Program-made: the position numbers and the translations under genes
Origin: Bdellovibrionota bacterium
GTDB taxonomy: Bacteria > Bdellovibrionota > Bdellovibrionia > Bdellovibrionales > Bdellovibrionaceae
Direction of reading: 5' to 3'
NCBI GenBank assembly: GCA_040384405.1
Contig: JAZKJI010000179.1
Location: 9,317-44,443, forward strand
DNA length: 35,127 nucleotides
Notes under the pieces: model-generated
Told to the model about the DNA's origin: nothing
The model's input: only the letters and a program-made list of their open reading frames with translations
Database searches by the model: none
Shown here: one piece after another, positions 8,349 through 15,885 of the stretch
Numbering within the stretch: the first letter of the stretch is position 1
How the letters are laid out: each line of letters starts with the position of its first letter

Positions 8349-9656
8349 ATGAAAAATCAAATGCTTCAAAACATTGTACTTTCCTTGATTACTTTAACTT
8401 TATTCGGTGCAAGCGCTTCTGCTAAACCCAGAATCCTTACTCCGATGCACGAAGTGCATATGGACTTGGATATGACCGGTCCTGAATATCGCCAGATCCT
8501 TGAAAGCCAAGGAAACAGATTACCGGATGTTCATCCGTTAGATGACATTGTTGAAATGGGTGCGCGGAACTTACGTTGGTTGGAAAAAATAAATTCAGCT
8601 CTTCCGGTCAAATTATCTTTTACCAGTGCTGCTACCCAAACCGGAACTCCAATCGAAACTCCAAAGCAATATAACGAAAAAACAATACGCGCTGATTTTA
8701 CGGAACTAATGAATACGATTCCGGTTGAAATGAAACCTGTTTTGTTAGGCCAGGCAGAATTAACGGCAACATTACCAATTGAAGAAGCTGCTTATTTAGA
8801 GTGGGGCAGAAAAGCCAATAAGATTTATGAATCGGCAACTCGCTGGAAGCTTCTTCAGCCAAGTTTATTTTTCCTGGCGCAACGAAGAATGAAAGACATC
8901 CGCGGATTTTACTTTCTAAGCCGTGATCCAGCTCGGGAAGAAAACTTCAAAAATTACTCTAGTCTTGGAGGAGTTGGCGAAGAGGTAAAAGTTAATTACA
9001 AAGAATGGTTAGTCCAGGTTTGTACAAATACAACGGGCTCTCGGGAACGTTGTCTATCTGAAGTTGCGCAATCTATTTCCGCAAATTCCTTATCTGCACT
9101 TTATGCTAAGTATTTACCAGGCGCTCAAAAGATGTGGGATGGGTATTTCCAAATTCCTGCAGGTATCCAGTCTTCTTCAGTCACTTGGAATGCTACAAAT
9201 CCACAAGTGGCAAAGGTCTTAATCAAAGATCCTCTGCAAGAAAACGTTCGCCAATACTTGGAAGGCAATATCGAGGAAGAGTGGCAGTGGGATGGATGGA
9301 GTATGCAAATTGACTTCACTCAAGTCTCTAGCTTGTTCGCAAAAGCTATTGAAGTTGTTTGGGAAGCGGGTGCTACGCCTCACGTTCCGGGCCTTGGCGT
9401 AAACCAAATTGTCATGGATGGTAATTCTCTGTTAACAGAATATAACGTGCAATGGACGATTCGCCACGAAGTCGGTCACGTGTTCGGATTGCCTGATTGT
9501 TATTTGGAATTCTACGATACGGATGCTCAGATTATGGTTTCGTATCAACATGATATTACCAATTTAATGTGTTCCAGACGGGGACATTTGCAGCAGAAGC
9601 ACTACGACGAGATGAAGAAAGCCTATTACCAAAAATCTAACGAAAACCTGAATTAA
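8349..9656 (+). CDS. Secreted putative zinc metalloprotease (metzincin-like HExxHxxGxxD motif)
   Basis: Signal peptide MKNQMLQNIVLSLITLTLFGASASA. C-terminal IRHEVGHVFGLPDCY (HExxHxxGxxD followed by Cys), with Met residues downstream (AQIMVSY, NLMCS) that could form a Met-turn. I do not recognise the remaining ~370 aa. Confidence 0.6.
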   Translation: MKNQMLQNIVLSLITLTLFGASASAKPRILTPMHEVHMDLDMTGPEYRQILESQGNRLPDVHPLDDIVEMGARNLRWLEKINSALPVKLSFTSAATQTGTPIETPKQYNEKTIRADFTELMNTIPVEMKPVLLGQAELTATLPIEEAAYLEWGRKANKIYESATRWKLLQPSLFFLAQRRMKDIRGFYFLSRDPAREENFKNYSSLGGVGEEVKVNYKEWLVQVCTNTTGSRERCLSEVAQSISANSLSALYAKYLPGAQKMWDGYFQIPAGIQSSSVTWNATNPQVAKVLIKDPLQENVRQYLEGNIEEEWQWDGWSMQIDFTQVSSLFAKAIEVVWEAGATPHVPGLGVNQIVMDGNSLLTEYNVQWTIRHEVGHVFGLPDCYLEFYDTDAQIMVSYQHDITNLMCSRRGHLQQKHYDEMKKAYYQKSNENLN

Positions 9657-9677
9657 GTCCCTCACAAGACTAAAGGT

Positions 9678-10064
9678 TTGGTCTGGGGCCACCGTAAAGT
9701 ATATGTGGCTCCTAAACCCCCGTTCCTCAAATTCAGCCGATTGGAAAAACCCTGCTATTCGTTCGAATTGCAGGACGAAATTTTCGTCTATGCCGAACGT
9801 GCTGGTGAAGTATGCTTATATAAAGCCAAAGCCAATCATGAAGCATTGAAGTCTTTGGTGTTAGATCTTCAAGAAGGCGAACCAAACTGGGAGCTTAAAA
9901 TAATTGGCAATTGTCATTTCACAAATATTTTTGAAGGCTATTGCGTGGAAGCGGGAATTCGCGTTCTTAAAGTTATCGCTCGTCCGGAAGAATTTCACAT
10001 CATTTATCAATCCCATGATCGCCGACTTTTCTTGGAAAAAATCGTCCGTCGCCAAGCCGCTTAA
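9678..10064 (+). CDS. Hypothetical protein (family not recognised)
   Basis: 128-aa ORF in the same orientation as its neighbours, closely spaced with them. It has no internal Met, so the start must be TTG 9678 or GTG 9705. Coding-like composition. Confidence 0.45.
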   Translation: MVWGHRKVYVAPKPPFLKFSRLEKPCYSFELQDEIFVYAERAGEVCLYKAKANHEALKSLVLDLQEGEPNWELKIIGNCHFTNIFEGYCVEAGIRVLKVIARPEEFHIIYQSHDRRLFLEKIVRRQAA

Positions 10065-10073
10065 GGTTTTGCG

Positions 10074-10889
10074 ATGAAGTTAAAAACCCAACTTCCAAAA
10101 ATATATCAAGTACTGTTAGTGCCGGAATTATTGGAAGCCGAGGTCATTGAAACCAAAGCTACTTGTAATAACTGTTCAATGTCTCCACCGCAAAATAAGA
10201 AGGCTCCGTTTTACAAACCTGATTTAAAGTGCTGCACCTACTATCCTTATTTACCGAATTATTTGGTCGGGGGAATTCTTCGCGATAAAGAGAAATTAAC
10301 TCCTGGTTTGAAGTCCGTAATGAACGGAATCATCAAGCGCCGGCAGTACGCATTACCCATTGGGATCGTCGCACCCGTATCTTACCAAGTACCTTTCAAT
10401 CAACGTAAAGAAGGGGATTTCGGGCAAAGGGCCGACTGGCTTTGCCCCTATTTCCAAAAAGAAACTTCCAACTGCGGAATATGGGAATGGCGCGGGGGCG
10501 TTTGCAGCACTTTCTTCTGCCAAAGTAATTACGGGAGCAACGGACTTAAATTCTGGGGCGAACTCAACGAGTATTTAAATTACGTCGAAATGGCCTTGAT
10601 GGAAGAAGCACTCGTGCAGCTGGATTTTTCGCCTCGGCAAATTTCCGACATGCTTGATTTTATCAATCGCAAAGAAGGCGATCCCGCCGAAATGGAATCG
10701 CTCTATTTACCGGAGAAAAAAGCTCGTGCCCTCTGGAATGGGTATTTTGATGATCAAGAGGGCTTCTACTTAAAGTGCTTGGAAATCACCGAGAAACTGG
10801 ATAGAAACACTTTCGAAGATGCCCTCGGTAATATGGGTAAAAAAATCGAGCGAACTCTTTTAAAAAAATTGAACGCATTAAAATTATAA
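10074..10889 (+). CDS. Cysteine-cluster protein, YkgJ/UPF0153-like (CxxCxxCC-type putative Zn/Fe-binding)
   Basis: CNNCSM...LKCCTYYPYLPNY, then CPYFQKETSNCGIWEWRGGVCSTFFC. This resembles the CxxC...CC...CPFL....C.IY..RP..C pattern of the YkgJ family. The C-terminal ~110 aa is unrecognised. Confidence 0.5.
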   Translation: MKLKTQLPKIYQVLLVPELLEAEVIETKATCNNCSMSPPQNKKAPFYKPDLKCCTYYPYLPNYLVGGILRDKEKLTPGLKSVMNGIIKRRQYALPIGIVAPVSYQVPFNQRKEGDFGQRADWLCPYFQKETSNCGIWEWRGGVCSTFFCQSNYGSNGLKFWGELNEYLNYVEMALMEEALVQLDFSPRQISDMLDFINRKEGDPAEMESLYLPEKKARALWNGYFDDQEGFYLKCLEITEKLDRNTFEDALGNMGKKIERTLLKKLNALKL

Positions 10890-10919
10890 GTAACATAAGT
10901 GTTTTTGTTTAAGGAATTC

Positions 10920-11339
10920 ATGGATCATCCCAACGTTCAAAAAATTAAAGCCCAATTTGAAAGCCTGGCCGGCTGGGAAGAGCGTTATCGAAAAATAATC
11001 GATCTAGGAAAGTCTTTGGAGACCATGCCGGAAGCCATGAAGACTGAAGATAATAAAGTTAAAGGCTGCCAATCCCAGGTTTGGTTATTTGCCGAAATGG
11101 ACACTGATCGAAAAATTCACTTTTGGGGCGACAGTGATGCCTTGATCGTAAGGGGCTTAGTCAGTGTCTTACTAGGCGTTTACAATGGCCTAACTCCGAA
11201 AGAGATTATGGAGATCTCGCCTGATTTTTTAAAGGATTTAGGGTTTGATAAAAACCTATCCCCAAGTCGCACGAACGGGCTATTTTCAATGCTAAAGCAG
11301 ATTCGCATGTATGCGACTGCATTTAGTTACAAAACTTAA
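10920..11339 (+). CDS. sufE: SufE/CsdE-family sulfur acceptor protein
   Basis: WEERYRKIIDLGK, the active-site region KVKGCQSQVWL, GDSDALIVRGLVSVLL, and LSPSRTNGLFSMLKQIR. ATG 10920 preceded by AAGGAA is preferred over the track's GTG 10899. Confidence 0.85.
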   Translation: MDHPNVQKIKAQFESLAGWEERYRKIIDLGKSLETMPEAMKTEDNKVKGCQSQVWLFAEMDTDRKIHFWGDSDALIVRGLVSVLLGVYNGLTPKEIMEISPDFLKDLGFDKNLSPSRTNGLFSMLKQIRMYATAFSYKT

Positions 11340-11508
11340 TTATAAATCTTATCGTAACCTTTAAAAAGGGAGACAGTGGGGTTACCCAAGGTCGATTCTG
11401 GCACTTTTATATTCAAGAGCGCCTTTACATTTTACATAAAACCCGCAAACGGCAAGCATCAGGCCTCACTCAGTGGTAGATTCGGCGGCATCCATACCCG
11501 GGGGCCAA

Positions 11509-12531
11509 ATGGTTAAATTCATTTTTTTAGCGACTTTAGCAACCTCGTCGGTTCAAGCCCAATCTTTACCAATTAGTCCAACGGCCCAACAAGCCGCCCA
11601 AATGGCTGCGTATAACCAGAGAGCCACATTCAATTCAAATTTTGGATTTACATTAAACGATGAACTTGAAGATATGGTCGCGCGTCCGTTTGCGGATTAC
11701 GAACGTGCCGGTTATTTAGTTATCAGTGAGCAAACTTCTTTTGGATCTGAAGATATCAAAGAAGCATTCGCTCGAAATATCCCGATGGGTGTTACCTTAG
11801 TCGTTACTACAAATGCTATGGACAATAAAAGTGTCCGCAAGAAATACGAAAAATACATTGATGCTTCTAGATTAAAAGTAGTTTCCGTTGGAATGCATGA
11901 TCCGTTTTGGGCACGGGATGGATTTCCAATTCCTGTAATCGCTACTAATACGGGTTTAATTTTAGTGGATGCGAACTATCACCGTCGTCTCGAGCCGGAC
12001 GCATTCATAGGAGCCATGTTCAATGCACCTATTTTGAAAAATGACATTTTCTTTGAAGGCGGAAATTTTATGGGTAACGACCAGGGCCTGTGCTTTATCG
12101 TTAATAACCATATGGTGCAGGCGATTGATGATAAGGTTTTTAAAAAGAAATATGGATGTAAGCGACTTATCAGATTACCGCATTTAAAAGGTATCGGTCA
12201 CGTTGATGAACGCGCAAGATTCATAAGCGCCGACACTGTGATTACCGACTCTCCCGAATTCAAAAAAATATTCGAAGACCAGGGCTTAAAGGTCCATATG
12301 TTACCAACCGCTGAAGGTACGTATGAAACGTACGTGAATTCAGTAACCGTCAACGGAACAGTTTTCGTACCTATTTTTGATCAAGCAAACGACGCAGCGG
12401 CAATAAAAGTATATTCAGATTTAGGTTTAAAGGTTGTTCCTTTGAATACGAAAAGACTAGCGAACGAAGGAATGGGCTCGCTTCATTGTATAACAATGAC
12501 CTATCCCGCTGTTCCGTTTATCGAGCAGTAA
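11509..12531 (+). CDS. Secreted agmatine deiminase / Porphyromonas-type peptidyl-arginine deiminase (PAD_porph) family protein
   Basis: Signal peptide MVKFIFLATLATSSVQAQ. Guanidino-modifying fold motifs FWARDGFPIPV, FFEGGNFMGNDQG, GIGHVDERARF, and catalytic Cys in GMGSLHCITM. ATG 11509 is preferred over the track's GTG 11473. Confidence 0.8.
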   Translation: MVKFIFLATLATSSVQAQSLPISPTAQQAAQMAAYNQRATFNSNFGFTLNDELEDMVARPFADYERAGYLVISEQTSFGSEDIKEAFARNIPMGVTLVVTTNAMDNKSVRKKYEKYIDASRLKVVSVGMHDPFWARDGFPIPVIATNTGLILVDANYHRRLEPDAFIGAMFNAPILKNDIFFEGGNFMGNDQGLCFIVNNHMVQAIDDKVFKKKYGCKRLIRLPHLKGIGHVDERARFISADTVITDSPEFKKIFEDQGLKVHMLPTAEGTYETYVNSVTVNGTVFVPIFDQANDAAAIKVYSDLGLKVVPLNTKRLANEGMGSLHCITMTYPAVPFIEQ

Positions 12532-13233
12532 CTATTTTAAAGTCGCGTGCACACGGTGGGCATCGTCATAATCGTCCACCTCGTGCAAGAACTCTTCGAT
12601 TTCTTTTCTTTGGTCGGCGGTTACTTCTGTTATGTTGGTCGCTTTAAAAGATGGTTCAAACGCCGTCACGCTCCAGCCCCTCGATGTAAGCGCTTTTTGA
12701 ACTCCGTCCAAATTTTCGGGCGCGGTATAAAAGGAATAACCTTCCTCAGATTTTTCAACCTCATCTGCACCGGCTTCGATGGCTTCTTCTTCCGGATCGA
12801 AGGTACCTGGCTTATGGGCCTCGACTAACCCGACCCTTTTAAACATCCAACCTACCGAACCGGGTTCACCCAAAGTTCCACCGTGGTCTCTAAATATATT
12901 TCTAATTTCCGTAATGGTGCGGTTGCGATTATCGGTATGACATTCTACCAATACGCCCACGCCGTGGGGGCCGAATCCTTCGTAGACGCCTTCTTCGATC
13001 ACGGCTCCATCATCGAGTAAGCCCGCACCTTTTTTAACGGCACGTTCGACCGTATCATTTGGGCAGCCATTTTTTTTGGCTACATCAATCGCTAAACGTA
13101 AACGGGCATTCATCGCGGGATCGGGGCCACCGGCTTTCGCGGCAACTTGAATTTCCCGCGCAAGTTTAGTGAATACGGCGCCCTTTTTTTGGGCCTTCTC
13201 GGCTTTAATTGGATTTTTCCAGGATTTTCCCAT
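12532..13233 (-). CDS. yebC: YebC/PmpR-family DNA-binding transcriptional regulator
   Basis: MGKSWKNPIKAEKAQKKGAVFTKLAREIQVAAKAGGPDPAMNARLRLAIDVAKKNGCPNDTVERAVKKG... is the canonical YebC N-terminus. The track's upstream extension to 13383 lacks homology-like sequence. Confidence 0.9.
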   Translation of the reverse strand: MGKSWKNPIKAEKAQKKGAVFTKLAREIQVAAKAGGPDPAMNARLRLAIDVAKKNGCPNDTVERAVKKGAGLLDDGAVIEEGVYEGFGPHGVGVLVECHTDNRNRTITEIRNIFRDHGGTLGEPGSVGWMFKRVGLVEAHKPGTFDPEEEAIEAGADEVEKSEEGYSFYTAPENLDGVQKALTSRGWSVTAFEPSFKATNITEVTADQRKEIEEFLHEVDDYDDAHRVHATLK

Positions 13234-13261
13234 AGGTTTGATTAAAGCGAAGGGAACCCCG

Positions 13262-14113
13262 GTGGTCAATATTCTGCACATTGCGGATGTCCAAGAAAAG
13301 CTACAAAAAGTGGAAGAAATGGTCCACCAGTTGCTTTCGGACGTGATATTTACGGCTCCCGCGGGATTGCCGGGCCGGGACATTCAAGTTTTACCTCCCC
13401 ATAAACACCCTCACAAAAAGGGTTTTACTTTGGTGGAAGGGCGCGCGCGGTTCATGCATGATTTGGCCAATATTGAACTCCAGGCGCTGGAACTGGCAAT
13501 TCGTACCTTAGTTGAATTTCCCCATGCTCCTAAATTGTTTCGCGAGCAACTGGCCGACGTTGCACTATCAGAAGCACGCCATCTTCAAGCCTGCCTTAAG
13601 CAATTAAGTGTCAGCGGATTCAATTGGGGCCATTGGCCGATCCACGCGGCTTTGTGGAATTCAGTTTCGGCAGACGATGATTTATTAGATCGAATTTTTA
13701 TTGTTCATAGATATTTAGAGGGCAGTGGTCTTGATGCCGGTGATACTTTGTTGCGAAGACTTCGGGGAATGTCAGAAACGAACGAACAGAAAGTTATGCA
13801 GATGATTCATGACGAAGAAGTGGGGCACGTCGCGTTCGGGTCTGAGTGGTATCGCAGAATTTGTGCAGATCTAAAGTTAGACCCGGATCATAAAATGAAA
13901 GAACAAATAGGGCGCTTAAGAACGGTACTTCCCAAACGCTTAGATAAAATTTCCGTCGAGACCCGAAAAAAAGCGGGCTTCACCGAAAATGAAATTGTGA
14001 TGCTTGATAATTTACGACTCAGTTTTTTAGAACAGTCTAAAGGCCCGGGACCACTTCACCCGGTTCAACATAGCGCCACTGACCGCGCGGAAGAGATCCC
14101 AGTTTTAAATTAG
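13262..14113 (+). CDS. DUF455-family ferritin-like (putative di-iron) protein
   Basis: FMHDLANIELQALELA, two ExxH motifs (LSEARHL, HDEEVGHVAFG), and HRYLEGSGLDAGD. The start is uncertain: GTG 13262 is chosen here because the N-terminal helix ILHIADVQEKLQKV looks like part of the family core. TTG 13238 and ATG 13319 are alternatives. Confidence 0.7.
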   Translation: MVNILHIADVQEKLQKVEEMVHQLLSDVIFTAPAGLPGRDIQVLPPHKHPHKKGFTLVEGRARFMHDLANIELQALELAIRTLVEFPHAPKLFREQLADVALSEARHLQACLKQLSVSGFNWGHWPIHAALWNSVSADDDLLDRIFIVHRYLEGSGLDAGDTLLRRLRGMSETNEQKVMQMIHDEEVGHVAFGSEWYRRICADLKLDPDHKMKEQIGRLRTVLPKRLDKISVETRKKAGFTENEIVMLDNLRLSFLEQSKGPGPLHPVQHSATDRAEEIPVLN

Positions 14114-14792
14114 CAATACGCACGCGCTTAAGGCCCGTCACGTGTAAATCCACTAACTCGCACATTCTTCGGATCTGCCGGTGTTTACCTTGAGTTAAAA
14201 CAATTTTCATAAATGTTTCATCCAGCTGCTCAACTTGCGCGCGCTTTAATTTTTCACCCTCTAATTCAAGACCGTAACTAAGTAGTTTAATTTGGTCGTC
14301 ACTAATTCTTTCTTCTGTGCGAACCAAATATTCTTTCTCAGTATTGCTATCAGGCCCGATCACTTGTTTTGCGATTCGTCCATCTTGAGTAAATAAAAGC
14401 AGGCCGTGGGAATCTATATCAAGGCGCCCAATGATCGATAAATCATTAAAGTGTTTCCGGCGGAATAGTTCTTCCTGACCCTTCATTAAATTTGGTTCAG
14501 TTAATAACTCGTAAGCGGAAGGATATTTTTCATCCCGTAACATGGAAACGTATCCTACGGGTTTATTTAACATAATCGTTGCAAAGCCCCGTTGGGTTTG
14601 GCGCGCCTGCGGATCAAGTTCAATTTCCACATCTGGTGGGAAACGGATTCCTAATTGGGAAACTCTTTCGCCATTAACGAACACTAATCCTTGTTCGATC
14701 AATGCGTCGGCTTCACGTCTAGAGCATAGCCCGCGCTCGGACATCAATTTTGAAAGTCTGACGGGTTCTTTTAATTTTGGATCTCGGTCCAT
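14037..14792 (-). CDS. rluF: RsuA/RluB/RluF-family rRNA pseudouridine synthase (RluF-like)
   Basis: S4 domain VRLSKLMSERGLCSRREADALIEQGLVFVNGERV. Catalytic Asp motif IIGRLDIDSHGLLLFTQDG. Also KEYLVRT and GKHRQIRRM. The symbol is tentative. Confidence 0.85.
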   Translation of the reverse strand: MDRDPKLKEPVRLSKLMSERGLCSRREADALIEQGLVFVNGERVSQLGIRFPPDVEIELDPQARQTQRGFATIMLNKPVGYVSMLRDEKYPSAYELLTEPNLMKGQEELFRRKHFNDLSIIGRLDIDSHGLLLFTQDGRIAKQVIGPDSNTEKEYLVRTEERISDDQIKLLSYGLELEGEKLKRAQVEQLDETFMKIVLTQGKHRQIRRMCELVDLHVTGLKRVRIANLKLGSLPRGQWRYVEPGEVVPGL

Positions 14793-15142
14793 AGGTTATC
14801 CATTTCAAAAAGTCGTAACGTAAAAGTCGCCGCGGGCAGGGGCTCTTTTATTTTCTTGGAAATGTAAATCGCAATATTTTCGGTCGTCGGAACCACATCT
14901 TTAAATTCTGGTATAACAAAATTCAGATGTTGGTGGTCTAAAGTTTCAACAACTTTCTTCGCCTGGGCTTTAATGGCTTCGGCATTTGCTTCGCAATCAA
15001 TTTCTAGTACGTAGTTATGCCCATGGCCCATAGGAGTAAAGCATTTACCGAATTCTTGAAGGTTTTTCTCTGCTGACCATTTAGGCTGGGCATAGAAATG
15101 AGCACTCGAGAAAGTCAGTTTAAAAGAGATTCCTGACCTCAT
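14771..15142 (-). CDS. 6-pyruvoyl-tetrahydropterin synthase / 6-carboxy-tetrahydropterin synthase (PTPS/QueD family)
   Basis: FSSAHFY and GKCFTPMGHGHNYVLEI (Cys plus the HGH zinc and catalytic motif), and PTTENIAIYI. 123 aa. There is an ATGA overlap with the upstream SDR gene. Confidence 0.85.
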   Translation of the reverse strand: MRSGISFKLTFSSAHFYAQPKWSAEKNLQEFGKCFTPMGHGHNYVLEIDCEANAEAIKAQAKKVVETLDHQHLNFVIPEFKDVVPTTENIAIYISKKIKEPLPAATFTLRLFEMDNLWTEIQN

Positions 15143-15885
15143 TTGATGTTTATCCCGCCATCAACGTTTATAATCGTCCCGGTCGTCCAAGCAGAAGCTG
15201 GGGAGGCTAAAAAGTAAATGGCTTCCGCAATTTCCCCCGGAGTTCCAATTCGACCTAAAGGTTGAAGGCTGCCCATTTTTTCTAACACCTTATTCTTCGC
15301 TTCCTTTTCCAGGCCATGGAAAGAATGAATGGGGGTATCTACCAAGCCGGGGCTAACGGCATTAACTCTGATGCCTAAAGTGCCAAGTTCATTAGCCAAG
15401 GCAAGAGTCAGATTATTTAAGGCCGCTTTACTTGCAGAATAAGCAGTTGTTCCGGGACTGCCTTTGTATGAAAGCGTGCTAGAAACATTGATGATATTTC
15501 CTTTAATCCCGCGTGTTCTAAAATATTTCGCCACTTCTTGGGTAACTGCCACCAATGAAAATAAATTTACTTCGAACGTATGTTTCCATGAAGATATTGG
15601 TGTCGAAGTGAATTCACCGGTTTCAAAGGTTCCGGCGTTGTTAACCAAACATTCGATCGATAGATCTTGTTTTGATAGAAGCGTTTTTAATTCGTTAGCG
15701 ACATTATCCGATTTAGAAAGATCTAAAGTTAAGATCTCCGAGGAAGGAAGTTTTGACGATAGCGTACCTAATCGTGTCTGATCGCGACCGTGAAGTACGC
15801 AGTGGTATCCTTGCTCGGAAAATTTGAAGGCGGTGGCTTCGCCGATTCCTGAACTTGCGCCAGTAATTAACACACTTTTTTTCAT
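15139..15885 (-). CDS. Short-chain dehydrogenase/reductase (classical SDR)
   Basis: TGASSGIGEATA (TGxxxGxG), NNAG, catalytic YSASKAAL (YxxxK), and PGLVDTP. 248 aa. Confidence 0.85.
   Translation of the reverse strand: MKKSVLITGASSGIGEATAFKFSEQGYHCVLHGRDQTRLGTLSSKLPSSEILTLDLSKSDNVANELKTLLSKQDLSIECLVNNAGTFETGEFTSTPISSWKHTFEVNLFSLVAVTQEVAKYFRTRGIKGNIINVSSTLSYKGSPGTTAYSASKAALNNLTLALANELGTLGIRVNAVSPGLVDTPIHSFHGLEKEAKNKVLEKMGSLQPLGRIGTPGEIAEAIYFLASPASAWTTGTIINVDGGINIK

Noticed and set aside
12547-12828. 93-aa plus-strand ORF inside yebC, and similar 60-100-aa alternative-frame ORFs in the track (for example 1333-1530, 6448-6666, 15464-15781, 25427-25692, 34113-34400)
   Set aside because: All are embedded in, or antisense to, genes with strong family motifs. 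None has an RBS or recognisable domain.
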